DNA of 64,000 nucleotides from a virus (taxonomy: Duplodnaviria > Heunggongvirae > Uroviricota > Caudoviricetes): positions 10,296-74,295 of IMG/VR virus record IMGVR_UViG_3300047476_001337. The stretch is one strand, 5' to 3'. This document shows, piece by piece, positions 1 through 7,686 of the stretch. The notes beneath the pieces were generated by a model. The model ran no database searches and had not been told where the DNA came from. It worked only from the letters and a program-made list of their open reading frames with translations. Both the position numbers and the translations under genes were made by a program. How positions within the stretch are numbered: position 1 is the first letter of the stretch; each line of letters starts with the position of its first letter.

Positions 1-11
1 CGCCACCTGAC
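1..11 (-). tRNA. partial tRNA-like gene (only the 5' acceptor/D region is inside the window)
   Basis: Minus-sense 5' sequence AGTCAGGTGGCG is identical to the 5' ends of the two tRNA-like genes downstream; the rest lies beyond the window start. Confidence 0.3.
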
Positions 12-199
12 TATGTTTAATCTTCCTTATCTGTTAATCTATACTCTAAATAACAATACCCAATATAAAAAAATAACGTTATATAGAACCACAAATCACC
101 AACCAATGGGTCCGCCTTCTTTAAGATAGTATTCAAAGATATGATAATCATTAATCCAAAGTACACCTTAAAAACATATTTTATATAATGCCACATAAT

Positions 200-472
200 T
201 TAACCTTTTAATACAAATTCAACACTCTTATCAAATGATTTTGCCAATCCTTCTTTTAACATTCTCAAATGTTCATCTTCACCTAACATCACTCTACTTT
301 CAAAGAATGGATTAGACATAAGAACTTCAATGTTCATATTGTACACGTTACCAAACGCAGTTTGTTCGTTGTACTCCTCTTTGACTTTATACCACAACTC
401 TTTGTAAATCTCCATTCGTTGTGATTCTGTTTGGCTGTACTTCCTTAATAGGAATAAGAATAGTTTTTTCAT
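200..472 (-). CDS. hypothetical protein (90 aa)
   Basis: ORF preceded directly by the -7 box TATCTTTG (477..484, minus) abutting the ATG; same-strand dense array. Confidence 0.55.
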   Translation of the reverse strand: MKKLFLFLLRKYSQTESQRMEIYKELWYKVKEEYNEQTAFGNVYNMNIEVLMSNPFFESRVMLGEDEHLRMLKEGLAKSFDKSVEFVLKG

Positions 473-476
473 ACCA

Positions 477-484
477 CAAAGATA
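477..484 (-). promoter_or_regulatory. Bacteroidota-type -7 promoter box TATCTTTG 4 nt upstream of the ATG (leaderless arrangement)
   Basis: Minus-sense TATCTTTGTGGTATG; the same cassette recurs at at least nine other starts in the window. Confidence 0.55.
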
Positions 485-508
485 ATAATTTTATTTTAAT
501 TTACCAAA

Positions 509-694
509 TTAAAGCACATCTCCATCACCCAAATCATCAAACCCTTCTTCAACATCATTAACGGCTGATGATAATAAATCTTTAGTTGCATCAGGTTCAT
601 TACCCGTTACAATATTTACTGTGTCTTTAATTACCGCAACTGGTGTTAAAACCGTTTTAATCGTTGCGCTGAACATATTTGTTAAAAATCCCAT
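509..694 (-). CDS. hypothetical small protein (61 aa)
   Basis: ORF between two tRNA-like genes, same strand. Confidence 0.4.
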   Translation of the reverse strand: MGFLTNMFSATIKTVLTPVAVIKDTVNIVTGNEPDATKDLLSSAVNDVEEGFDDLGDGDVL

Positions 695-708
695 ATTATT
701 TTGTTTTA

Positions 709-852
709 GTAGTCAGGACAGGATTCGAACCTGTAAGATAGTTTTATAAGACTTTCCGCTGTTGCACAACTATCTAAGCCTTGTGCGTAGGTTTACCGAG
801 TGCACAATCCCCATATCTTATTTTTACAGCGTCTACCATTCCGCCACCTGAC
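709..852 (-). tRNA. tRNA-like gene, ~144 nt, with a Leu-like D-arm and a ~60-nt internal insertion
   Basis: Minus-sense acceptor AGTCAGG, TG, D-arm GCG-GAATGGTAGA-CGC (as in bacterial tRNA-Leu), T-arm ACAGGTTCGAATCCTGT, 3' acceptor CCTGACT plus discriminator A. It is about 60 nt longer than any normal tRNA and holds an internal hairpin TGTGC...GCACA. I could not fold the anticodon arm by eye. Confidence 0.45.
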
Positions 853-1002
853 TATATTTTTAGGATATATAAGATACACCAACAATTGCCATCGTCAACA
901 CAAACAAAATAATGTATGTGTCAATAAGAAAAGTAAAGGCATTGAAGTGGTTACCTCTTATCCAATAAGTTATCAAAAATAGTTTTCTCCAATTCATAAT
1001 TT

Positions 1003-1296
1003 TTATTTTTTAATATCGTTTGATTGCCATGCTCTACGTTTGTCACCACTTTTCTTAGGTGTACCATCTTTTTTTAATTCGGTACCAAAATATATACAAC
1101 TTGGATTACTTAAAGGTCCCATTCTAAAACTGTAATTGATTTTCTCAATTATTATGGTTCCAATATGGTCTGTGAACTTATCACCAATCTTATATGGATT
1201 GTTTGCATCACAATATTCTTTTATGATAAGTGTTTTCCTATGTTCAAACTCGTTTTCAAGTACCTTTAATTTATCTTCTAAATCTTGTAATTCCAT
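1003..1296 (-). CDS. hypothetical protein (97 aa)
   Basis: ORF between tRNA-like genes; N-terminal coiled-coil-like segment. Confidence 0.5.
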   Translation of the reverse strand: MELQDLEDKLKVLENEFEHRKTLIIKEYCDANNPYKIGDKFTDHIGTIIIEKINYSFRMGPLSNPSCIYFGTELKKDGTPKKSGDKRRAWQSNDIKK

Positions 1297-1344
1297 AACA
1301 CAAATTTACACATTATATTTGACAATACCTAATATTTTTTTTTG

Positions 1345-1428
1345 TAGTCAGGACAGGATTCGAACCTGTATAACCATTAACGGAATCATGACACTTAGGT
1401 AGGTTCCACCATTTTCCGCCACCTGACT
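1345..1428 (-). tRNA. tRNA-like gene, 84 nt (type-II length), with the same acceptor stem and T-arm as 709..852
   Basis: 5' AGTCAGGTGGCGGAA, T-arm ACAGGTTCGAATCCTGT, 3' CCTGACT-A, and no encoded CCA. I could not resolve the D and anticodon arms by eye, so it may be degenerate. Confidence 0.45.
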
Positions 1429-1539
1429 ATTTTATCTTTCAAATCTTTTATTATCATAATCCCTAAAGTATTGACAAGTTTTATATCCACTGTACCACCC
1501 AAAAGAGAAAGTTACTAATACTAATACATAAATCATAAT

Positions 1540-1764
1540 TTAACCTGGCCAAAAACAATCTTTTGTTTTTACATTTATTTTCCAATCTTTAATCTCACCA
1601 CTATCAATCCGTTTTTTCATTTCACTCATCATTTCCTCAACATCTTTGGTAGGGTAATCATCTTGTACTTCCACCTGTAGACCAGCTTCCTTAAGTGCTT
1701 TTACAATTACCTCTTTTGGGTAATCAATTGTCCCACCAAGACCTGCTATTTCTATTGTTGTCAT
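1540..1764 (-). CDS. hypothetical protein (74 aa)
   Basis: ORF whose start is 4 nt inside the stop of the upstream gene (1761..2021), as in an operon. Confidence 0.5.
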   Translation of the reverse strand: MTTIEIAGLGGTIDYPKEVIVKALKEAGLQVEVQDDYPTKDVEEMMSEMKKRIDSGEIKDWKINVKTKDCFWPG

Positions 1765-2021
1765 CGCTTACCTCCTTGTATTTTATCACGCATCGATTTT
1801 GCACCTACATGAAATCCTACATTCAAATATCCATCCCTTTCTGAATCTTTATGAACCATTGTATTGACATGCTCGATGTAGGCTTTATACATTTTGTTAA
1901 TCTCCTCATCACTTGGCAGTTCAATGGGTGTTAATATCTCAATCAATTCATCAATCGATAACCCTTCATCGTATTTTTCAGTAAAAAACTTTCTAATTTC
2001 TTCTTCTGTGTATAGTTTCAT
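1761..2021 (-). CDS. hypothetical protein (86 aa)
   Basis: ORF in the same-strand array. Confidence 0.5.
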   Translation of the reverse strand: MKLYTEEEIRKFFTEKYDEGLSIDELIEILTPIELPSDEEINKMYKAYIEHVNTMVHKDSERDGYLNVGFHVGAKSMRDKIQGGKR

Positions 2022-2076
2022 ACTTTGTTATCTTTTTTCATATTTTATTAGTAGTCGTACCAACTTGTTAAATAAA

Positions 2077-2313
2077 TTATAGGTAGTTGGGTGTGATTGA
2101 TATCTTGTATTTTAACGTAGTATCACTCAAATCCATAATACCGAACACAACGGAGTTATCATCAGGGTTAACCATAGTTGGTGTTATCATATAACCATCC
2201 ATTTTATCTAATGTTTGTTTTACCTCATTAAATAAATCAACAGGTATTTTAGTTTCAATTTCTGATTTTTCAAATGTTTCTGGATTGTAGTAATCCGCTT
2301 TGTAATTTTCCAT
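2077..2313 (-). CDS. hypothetical protein (78 aa)
   Basis: ORF in the same-strand array. Confidence 0.45.
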   Translation of the reverse strand: MENYKADYYNPETFEKSEIETKIPVDLFNEVKQTLDKMDGYMITPTMVNPDDNSVVFGIMDLSDTTLKYKISITPNYL

Positions 2314-2349
2314 AATTTTTTCTTTTTAATAATTTATTAAATAACTTTT

Positions 2350-2535
2350 TCATTTGTTACCACCATACAATTCGTTATAAAACCATTCAACATCGTCAAT
2401 TCCACCTCTAAAGAGATGAGAGTCATATTCCGTTAAAAATTCTTCTTGTACTTCTTTAGTCATTTGTTTTTCTTTTACAAATGCTTTTACATTTTCATCC
2501 AATCCATTTAATTCTTGTTCTTTATTGTTTTTCAT
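2350..2535 (-). CDS. hypothetical protein (61 aa)
   Basis: ORF abutting the start of the downstream 2538..3089 gene. Confidence 0.45.
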   Translation of the reverse strand: MKNNKEQELNGLDENVKAFVKEKQMTKEVQEEFLTEYDSHLFRGGIDDVEWFYNELYGGNK

Positions 2536-2537
2536 TG

Positions 2538-3089
2538 TTATTTATTTTTTACTATTTCAATTAATTTTTTAAGACTAGCAAGTTCTGATTCTTCGTAATC
2601 TACGGGCTCGTCCATTACCATTTCTAAGCTGTTTCCTGTAATAAGATTTTCGATGCAGGCAAGAAATTTTCCTCCAGCTCCAATTCTGTGAATGTCGGGG
2701 TATAATCCATACTTCTCTCTAAACCATCTAAATGCTTGTGAATATGTTGGTGCGGTAATACAGTCCGAATTAAATACACTAATTATATTGGAATTATTAC
2801 ATGCCTTAGACGACCACTTCTTATAAGTGTCAGGAGCAATTTGTAATTCTTTGTTTTCTGCATACCATGCAATACAAGGTTCGTCAAATCCAAGTTGTTT
2901 TAACGCTAAAGCAAGTTCGTAGGGTATAAACTCTTTTTGCACTGCCGTTTGTTCTTTATTGGGTTTTTGCTGTTTTGACTTAAGCAATTCAACTACTTCA
3001 ATCATGTCTTTGGGTTCTAATTCATCCATCATACTGATGATTACCTTTTTGTCGTGTATTGGTGAGTTCTTAAATTTATCGTTGCTCAT
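2538..3089 (-). CDS. hypothetical protein (183 aa)
   Basis: Long ORF with no recognisable motif. Confidence 0.6.
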   Translation of the reverse strand: MSNDKFKNSPIHDKKVIISMMDELEPKDMIEVVELLKSKQQKPNKEQTAVQKEFIPYELALALKQLGFDEPCIAWYAENKELQIAPDTYKKWSSKACNNSNIISVFNSDCITAPTYSQAFRWFREKYGLYPDIHRIGAGGKFLACIENLITGNSLEMVMDEPVDYEESELASLKKLIEIVKNK

Positions 3090-3272
3090 TTGTTACCTCC
3101 GTATAATATTTTTGAAATTATAAAAGCCAATACAACTATTACCGTATTTTCAAACCCAGAAGACCAATTAACAATACCAATAATTGCAATCCAATAAAAA
3201 AACAAGAAAAAACTTTTTATTTCTTTTTTTATAAATTCTAATATGTCTTTTTTCATTTGTTACCTCCGTAGG

Positions 3273-3509
3273 TTAGTGTAAAAAAGTTACATTTCCCGTT
3301 ATTGTTCTTGTTTCTTTTGTTTTTGGGTTTTGTAGTAATGCAGAACAATCTAAACCTATAAAAATAATTTGGTATGTCACCATTTTTGAAAATGGTAAAT
3401 ACCAAAACAAAAAACTTCTTTTTTCTTTAATTTGGATTAAATCACCAAATTTATACCATACACCTTCGTGTTCAATATGTGGTGTCATTTGTTCTTTATT
3501 GTTTTCCAT
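3273..3509 (-). CDS. hypothetical protein (79 aa). I moved the start to the ATG that follows the -7 box.
   Basis: The track ORF 3273..3581 reads through the promoter cassette (which translates as ...YLCGME...). TATCTTTG at 3514..3521 abuts the ATG at 3509. Confidence 0.5.
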   Translation of the reverse strand: MENNKEQMTPHIEHEGVWYKFGDLIQIKEKRSFLFWYLPFSKMVTYQIIFIGLDCSALLQNPKTKETRTITGNVTFLH

Positions 3510-3539
3510 ACCACAAAGATACAAAGAATATTTGAAATA

Positions 3540-3580
3540 AAAAAGGGGGTAGGGGGATTCGGGAACCGTTTCCGGCATCA
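3540..3580 (-). terminator. conserved intergenic hairpin/terminator cassette (copy 1 of 3) followed by a promoter
   Basis: Minus-sense TGATGCCGG...CCCCTACCCCCTTTTTTATTT directly after the stop of 3587..3895; near-identical flanks recur at 9422..9461 and 9980..10020 on the plus strand. Confidence 0.5.
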
Positions 3581-3586
3581 TTCAAT

Positions 3587-3895
3587 TCATGAACATTGCT
3601 TGTTATAAATCTTAACAAGTTGTTTCCCAAATAAATCAACAAGGAAATGATAAAGGCCATCGCTATGTTTCCCTAATGGTATGCCATAATCCTCAACATA
3701 TCTATAGGCGAGCAAATCACAGGCTTCAGAAACAAAATCACCAGCAGAATTAAACTCACAAGGAATCAACTCATCTTCAACAAGGCTCTTCATATCATCT
3801 TCCATTCTATCAAAGTCCAACCTCCTACGAGAGGTGGTGGATAGTTGTTCCATCAATGCGGTTCTATACTGTGATTCGGTGATAACGTATTTCAT
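3587..3895 (-). CDS. hypothetical protein carrying the N-terminal leader MKYVITESQY
   Basis: I placed the start at the ATG giving MKYVITESQ. This leader motif is shared with 12503..12865, 33141..33425 and 56326..57459. Confidence 0.5.
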   Translation of the reverse strand: MKYVITESQYRTALMEQLSTTSRRRLDFDRMEDDMKSLVEDELIPCEFNSAGDFVSEACDLLAYRYVEDYGIPLGKHSDGLYHFLVDLFGKQLVKIYNKQCS

Positions 3896-3919
3896 ACAAT
3901 CATAAATACCCCCACACAC

Positions 3920-4216
3920 TTATTTAATTTCGAGGTCAATAACTTTATTATTCATTTTTTCCCAATGTGATACAACCTTTGTTCTAATCAAATACTTTAT
4001 AATGGGAATTATCTCATTAAGCTTTTTGCAATAATCTGGTGATACCCAATAAAAATCATACGTCAGAATAAACCATTCAGATACATCACGAGTCATCCTA
4101 TTCAAATACCCTTCCACATGTTGTGAAACAAGATAATATGGATGGTCTATTAACTTTTGGGTTATGTAATCATCTATCTGAACAGCTCTTCTTTTTATAT
4201 ACGGTGGGATAATCAT
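3920..4216 (-). CDS. hypothetical protein
   Basis: Track ORF 3920..4306, trimmed to an internal Met to avoid an 89-nt overlap with 4218..4607; the start is uncertain. Confidence 0.4.
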   Translation of the reverse strand: MIIPPYIKRRAVQIDDYITQKLIDHPYYLVSQHVEGYLNRMTRDVSEWFILTYDFYWVSPDYCKKLNEIIPIIKYLIRTKVVSHWEKMNNKVIDLEIK

Positions 4217-4217
4217 A

Positions 4218-4607
4218 TTAATCACGTAATGGAGATGGAATAATTCTAAATTTCTTATATGAATGGTTAATTTCCAACCAAAGTCCAAAATACTTAACGG
4301 TATCAAAACTGTTCTTCAAACCCAAGGTCCTTTCAAGACCATGAAAAATATCGTCCTTAACCAAAAATATTTGCTGGGGAACCATTACCGCACCAACAAG
4401 CGTATTATCATCCCTCATTAAATAAATGTGGTCATTATCAATACCTGCCAAATAAAGGGTGTATTTACCAAATCTCTTGGTTATATAATGTAACGATATT
4501 TCCATTAACTTATCCAAATGAATAACCCTATCTCCACCTAACTTATGTCTTTCTATATAAACCAAAGCATCCCCCAATGTGACTGGACCATTTTTATTTT
4601 TTTTCAT
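4218..4607 (-). CDS. small-paralogue family member F (129 aa) with an internal LGGDRVIHL motif
   Basis: Shares the [KR]x[KR]MGGDxGIHL motif with five tandem ORFs downstream. Confidence 0.5.
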   Translation of the reverse strand: MKKNKNGPVTLGDALVYIERHKLGGDRVIHLDKLMEISLHYITKRFGKYTLYLAGIDNDHIYLMRDDNTLVGAVMVPQQIFLVKDDIFHGLERTLGLKNSFDTVKYFGLWLEINHSYKKFRIIPSPLRD

Positions 4608-4608
4608 A

Positions 4609-4785
4609 TTACAATTTATCGTCCTCTTTAATTATAGGGTCTTTTTTTAAGAACTCCAAATGAATCCCCTTGTCTTCCCCCATTCTAGCTCTTGATATTA
4701 CAAGTTCTAGTTTTTTCTTATATTCTTCAGTATAATCATACTGGCCAAAAGTATAATATTCAGTTTCCATTTTTTCAGTTTCCAT
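4609..4785 (-). CDS. small-paralogue family member A (59 aa; METEKMETEYY...RARMGEDKGIHLEFLKK...)
   Basis: Hand-translated; it falls below the 60-aa track cutoff. Conserved MGEDKGIHL motif; the reading frame was checked. Confidence 0.45.
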   Translation of the reverse strand: METEKMETEYYTFGQYDYTEEYKKKLELVISRARMGEDKGIHLEFLKKDPIIKEDDKL

Positions 4786-4945
4786 TTTCTATATCGATGT
4801 CCAAGTTTATTTGGGGGGTGTTTTTTAAGAATCCCAAATGAATACCTTTGTCTTCCCCCATAATAGCTCTTGACATTATAAAGGTAAGTTCTTCCAAAAA
4901 CTCGTCATCAGGTTTATAATCATTCAAAGTATATTCAGTACCCAT
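4775..4945 (-). CDS. small-paralogue family member B (57 aa; MGTEYTLNDYKPDDEF...AIMGEDKGIHLGFLKN...)
   Basis: Hand-translated; conserved motif. Its start lies 10 nt downstream of the palindrome AATTTTCCAGAAAATT. Confidence 0.45.
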   Translation of the reverse strand: MGTEYTLNDYKPDDEFLEELTFIMSRAIMGEDKGIHLGFLKNTPQINLDIDIENGN

Positions 4946-4954
4946 TTTTTCAAA

Positions 4955-4970
4955 AATTTTCCAGAAAATT
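4955..4970. promoter_or_regulatory. imperfect palindrome AATTTTC-CA-GAAAATT, copy 1, just upstream of a start codon
   Basis: The same 16-mer with a shared A-rich flank recurs at 6477..6492 upstream of the HNH endonuclease gene. Confidence 0.4.
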
Positions 4971-4975
4971 CTTTT

Positions 4976-5113
4976 TTACAATTTGACCCCTTCTTGAATT
5001 AGGGGGTCTTGTTCTGGGGAAACAACTAAATGAATCCCCTTATCTCCACCCATCTTATCTCTTAAAATTGATGTACGTATTTTTTCAATAGCTTCATCAT
5101 GTAGATTCCTCAT
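4976..5113 (-). CDS. small-paralogue family member C (45 aa; MRNLHDEAIEKIRTSILRDKMGGDKGIHLVV...)
   Basis: Hand-translated; conserved motif. Confidence 0.4.
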   Translation of the reverse strand: MRNLHDEAIEKIRTSILRDKMGGDKGIHLVVSPEQDPLIQEGVKL

Positions 5114-5331
5114 TTCGTTGAGGATTGTTTCAAAGTCCATTTCCCCCATAATAATATCTTCTTATCCTTTAACTTGTATTCCAAATGAATTCCTTCATCT
5201 CCTCCCATCTTTTTTCTTTCACGGAGATTCTCCATAGCTTCCATGATTTCTAAAATAGGATAAGATTCATGGGTGACAATATTGTATGCCCCAAACATAC
5301 CATTGTTTATTATCATATCTTTAGTTTCCAT
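5110..5331 (-). CDS. small-paralogue family member D (73 aa; ...RERKKMGGDEGIHLEYKLKDKK...)
   Basis: Track ORF; conserved motif. Confidence 0.5.
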   Translation of the reverse strand: METKDMIINNGMFGAYNIVTHESYPILEIMEAMENLRERKKMGGDEGIHLEYKLKDKKILLWGKWTLKQSSTK

Positions 5332-5500
5332 CTTCAGTATTTTTAACTATTGAATGAATACCCTTGTCTCCCCCCATCTTAAATCTAATTCGTCCAGTAT
5401 ACAGGTCATCATATATTTGAATATCTGATTCACCAAACATATTAATATCAAAGTCACCAAACATATGATAATCTACAAAAACTTGATTATTAGGTTCCAT
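5321..5500 (-). CDS. small-paralogue family member E (60 aa; MEPNNQVF...RFKMGGDKGIHSIVKN...)
   Basis: I moved the start to the ATG that follows the -7 box TACCTTTG (5504..5511). Confidence 0.5.
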   Translation of the reverse strand: MEPNNQVFVDYHMFGDFDINMFGESDIQIYDDLYTGRIRFKMGGDKGIHSIVKNTEDGN

Positions 5501-5520
5501 CTCACAAAGGTACAACAAAA

Positions 5521-5544
5521 AACCCACACTACCAAATGTGGGGG
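5521..5544. terminator. bidirectional intrinsic terminator hairpin CCCACA...TGTGGG flanked by an A-run and a T-run
   Basis: 6-bp perfect stem between the HNH gene and paralogue E. Confidence 0.5.
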
Positions 5545-5625
5545 TCTTTTTTACCGTTCAGGAATATTGACAATAATATACCCCCCATTTATAACCTATA
5601 TTCCCGTTCAGGAATATGTGGGTCT

Positions 5626-6438
5626 TTAAGAGTGGGGGGTTCTCTCAAGAAACTTACCAAATCTAACCACCAATTCATCAGGTATTTTATCCGATAGTAT
5701 TTTGTTGTTTTTAGATTGATTCTCACTTGCCCACAAAGGTTGATAATTTGTATGATGACAAAGTTCAATTACTTCATCTTCATTAACCCCCAATGAAACA
5801 GGAACAATGTGGTCCAAATGCCATGCACCATAATTATCCCAAGACATTCCATCAATAAATTGTTTTTCAATGTATTCTTTGAATTCATAAAAATTACATC
5901 CCAATATATCAATGGTTTTACTTTTCTTTCTCATGCTTACTACATCGACTCTCTTGATGTAGTTTTTAATTAATACCCTAACTCTACAGGTTAATTTGAA
6001 TAAAGGGTCATTATTACTTCGTTCTTGTTTTTGTCTATATTCATTTTTTCTATTTTCATCAGACTTCCTAAATTTACGACTGTTTTTTGTCTGACAGTTT
6101 CTACAGTAGTAATTCAACCCCATAGGTCTATTTTTAGACTTATTGAAGTTTGTTTCATTAGAGTCCAACCATAAGTTACAACGAGAACATTTTTTTTGGT
6201 TTGTTTTCAAATTGTATGTCTCATAACACTTATGACATAATGATTCATTTTTACAAGAAATATCCAACTTACCTTTTGATTGAGTAATGGTGTGACCACA
6301 GAATCTACAAGATTTTGTAAATTGATGTCTTGGATATTTTGTATTATTATCAGGATAATATCCCTCGTATTTTGTTACAATAAATGAACCACATGTTTTA
6401 CCAATATACTGTTTGATGATTTCTCCACGTTGTTTCAT
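5626..6438 (-). mobile_element. HNH homing endonuclease with multiple CxxC zinc-finger pairs (271 aa from the ATG; the track used a TTG at 6447)
   Basis: C-terminal HNH signature AWHLDHIVPVS...NYQPLWASENQSKNNK and many CxxC pairs; flanked on both sides by G/C-run hairpin-rich sequence. Confidence 0.8.
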
Positions 6439-6476
6439 TTTAACCAATATAGTAAAGGGACCTCATTTTTCCAAAA

Positions 6477-6492
6477 AATTTTCCAGAAAATT
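6477..6492. promoter_or_regulatory. imperfect palindrome AATTTTCCAGAAAATT, copy 2, upstream of the HNH gene start
   Basis: Identical 16-mer to 4955..4970. Confidence 0.4.
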
Positions 6493-6606
6493 TCATCGTT
6501 AGTATTGTACCCCCTTTTCGACCTGTCAAAGTGTCATATAGGGGGGGATACGGGAGGGGGGACCCCCACCATGGGGGGTATGCCATACTGCCCCCCGAGG
6601 GTATAG

Positions 6607-6687
6607 TGTGGATAACTTTATTCCCCCTCCCCCTATGACACCATGTCATGTGGATAACTTATGGTCCCCCTCATATGGTGTGTATAA
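6607..6687. promoter_or_regulatory. DnaA-box-like cluster I: TGTGGATAA at 6607..6615 and 6649..6657, plus a one-mismatch TGTGTATAA at 6679..6687
   Basis: Perfect matches to the bacterial DnaA-box consensus TTATCCACA/TGTGGATAA. They lie next to G7/G6/C6 homopolymer runs (6541..6600) that are atypical for this AT-rich sequence. Confidence 0.45.
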
Positions 6688-6715
6688 CTATATGACATTA
6701 ATTTGACGTGGGGGT

Positions 6716-7252
6716 TTGGTAGTGTCAAATAGATTACCTATCTTTGTATTATGGTTCAGTCATATACTAACCATGGGCGTGGGGGCTTATGTGGTCACGG
6801 GAGAGTATACTCCGACCTGCCTTATATTTTTTTATAAGGGGTTTGGAAATGTCAAAGGTATGTTGTACCTTTGTAGTGTTATGAAGTTGATTGATTCCCC
6901 CACTCATATTAAAAGACTTAACAAGGTCATGAGGAGTAAGCTCATTGACTGTGATGTTAAATCCTTTTACTATGAATCCCTTAAGGGTTACTACTCATTA
7001 CATGTTAAGAGGGGGAATAACTATACACCCCCATCATTGTATCTTAAGTTTAATGTCACTGAGTGTCTATATAAAAACCATTATTGGGATAATAAATTAT
7101 TATCCATGTATAGTGGAAATCAAAGAATCAGGAATATTAACATATCCATTAGATATCCTATTACCGTGGAAGGTTGTCATATGTTCCTTAAACACTTTGG
7201 TATTAAGCACTATGAACTTAACAAGACTATGATTGTTTGGCCCACTCGTTAA
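6716..7252 (+). CDS. doubtful plus-strand ORF (TTG start) inside the DnaA-box-flanked segment
   Basis: Only support is ORF length. A plus-strand TATCTTTG box at 6739..6746 abuts an out-of-frame ATG at 6751, giving a 28-aa ORF. Confidence 0.2.
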   Translation: MVVSNRLPIFVLWFSHILTMGVGAYVVTGEYTPTCLIFFYKGFGNVKGMLYLCSVMKLIDSPTHIKRLNKVMRSKLIDCDVKSFYYESLKGYYSLHVKRGNNYTPPSLYLKFNVTECLYKNHYWDNKLLSMYSGNQRIRNINISIRYPITVEGCHMFLKHFGIKHYELNKTMIVWPTR

Positions 7253-7640
7253 TGGTCTCATACGCCATTGTCGATAGTGTCACCCTTGTAATGTTGAAAT
7301 CCCCCTCGTTAAGATGAAAGTACTTGTGGAGTATCTCATGTAGTGGCTTAAGGTCACAGTCCACCATCATCCATACGTTCTGACTTAGGGGTTTCCTACT
7401 GAACCCTGTCTTACCCTTATGGAACCATATGATTGCCTCAGGTAATACATTCCCCCTGTTTGGGACATATCTTAGTATTATCCCATTGGATGACTCCTCT
7501 ATCTTGGGGGTAAAGTATTTCAGTACAATTAAACGTATGTTATCGTCCGTTAGTTTGGATGGTCCATATACATCACCTCCCATTAATTGAATCTCACTCA
7601 TATTGTTGATAAATATAATGTTATCCACACTTTTGTCCAT
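7227..7640 (-). CDS. hypothetical protein (137 aa)
   Basis: ORF; a DnaA-box 9-mer (7621..7629) lies inside its first codons. Confidence 0.45.
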   Translation of the reverse strand: MDKSVDNIIFINNMSEIQLMGGDVYGPSKLTDDNIRLIVLKYFTPKIEESSNGIILRYVPNRGNVLPEAIIWFHKGKTGFSRKPLSQNVWMMVDCDLKPLHEILHKYFHLNEGDFNITRVTLSTMAYETINEWAKQS

Positions 7641-7686
7641 ACTGACACCCTGTCATGTGGATAAAAAAAATTGGGATTGTGGATAA
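7621..7686. promoter_or_regulatory. DnaA-box-like cluster II: TTATCCACA at 7621..7629, TGTGGATAA at 7656..7664 and 7678..7686
   Basis: Three perfect 9-mers within 66 bp in both orientations. The 22-bp direct repeat TGACACCNTGTCATGTGGATAA occurs at 6636..6657 and 7643..7664. Confidence 0.45.

Noticed and set aside
709-852. Group I intron inside the long tRNA-like gene
   Set aside because: About 60 extra nt is far too short for a group I or group II intron core, and no BHB-type intron is expected in a bacterial or phage context. It is reported only as an unexplained insertion.
6716-7252. 178-aa plus-strand ORF (TTG start) and the overlapping 6945..7232 ORF
   Set aside because: They lie in a compositionally odd, hairpin-rich segment and have no motif. 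They are kept only as a low-confidence feature.
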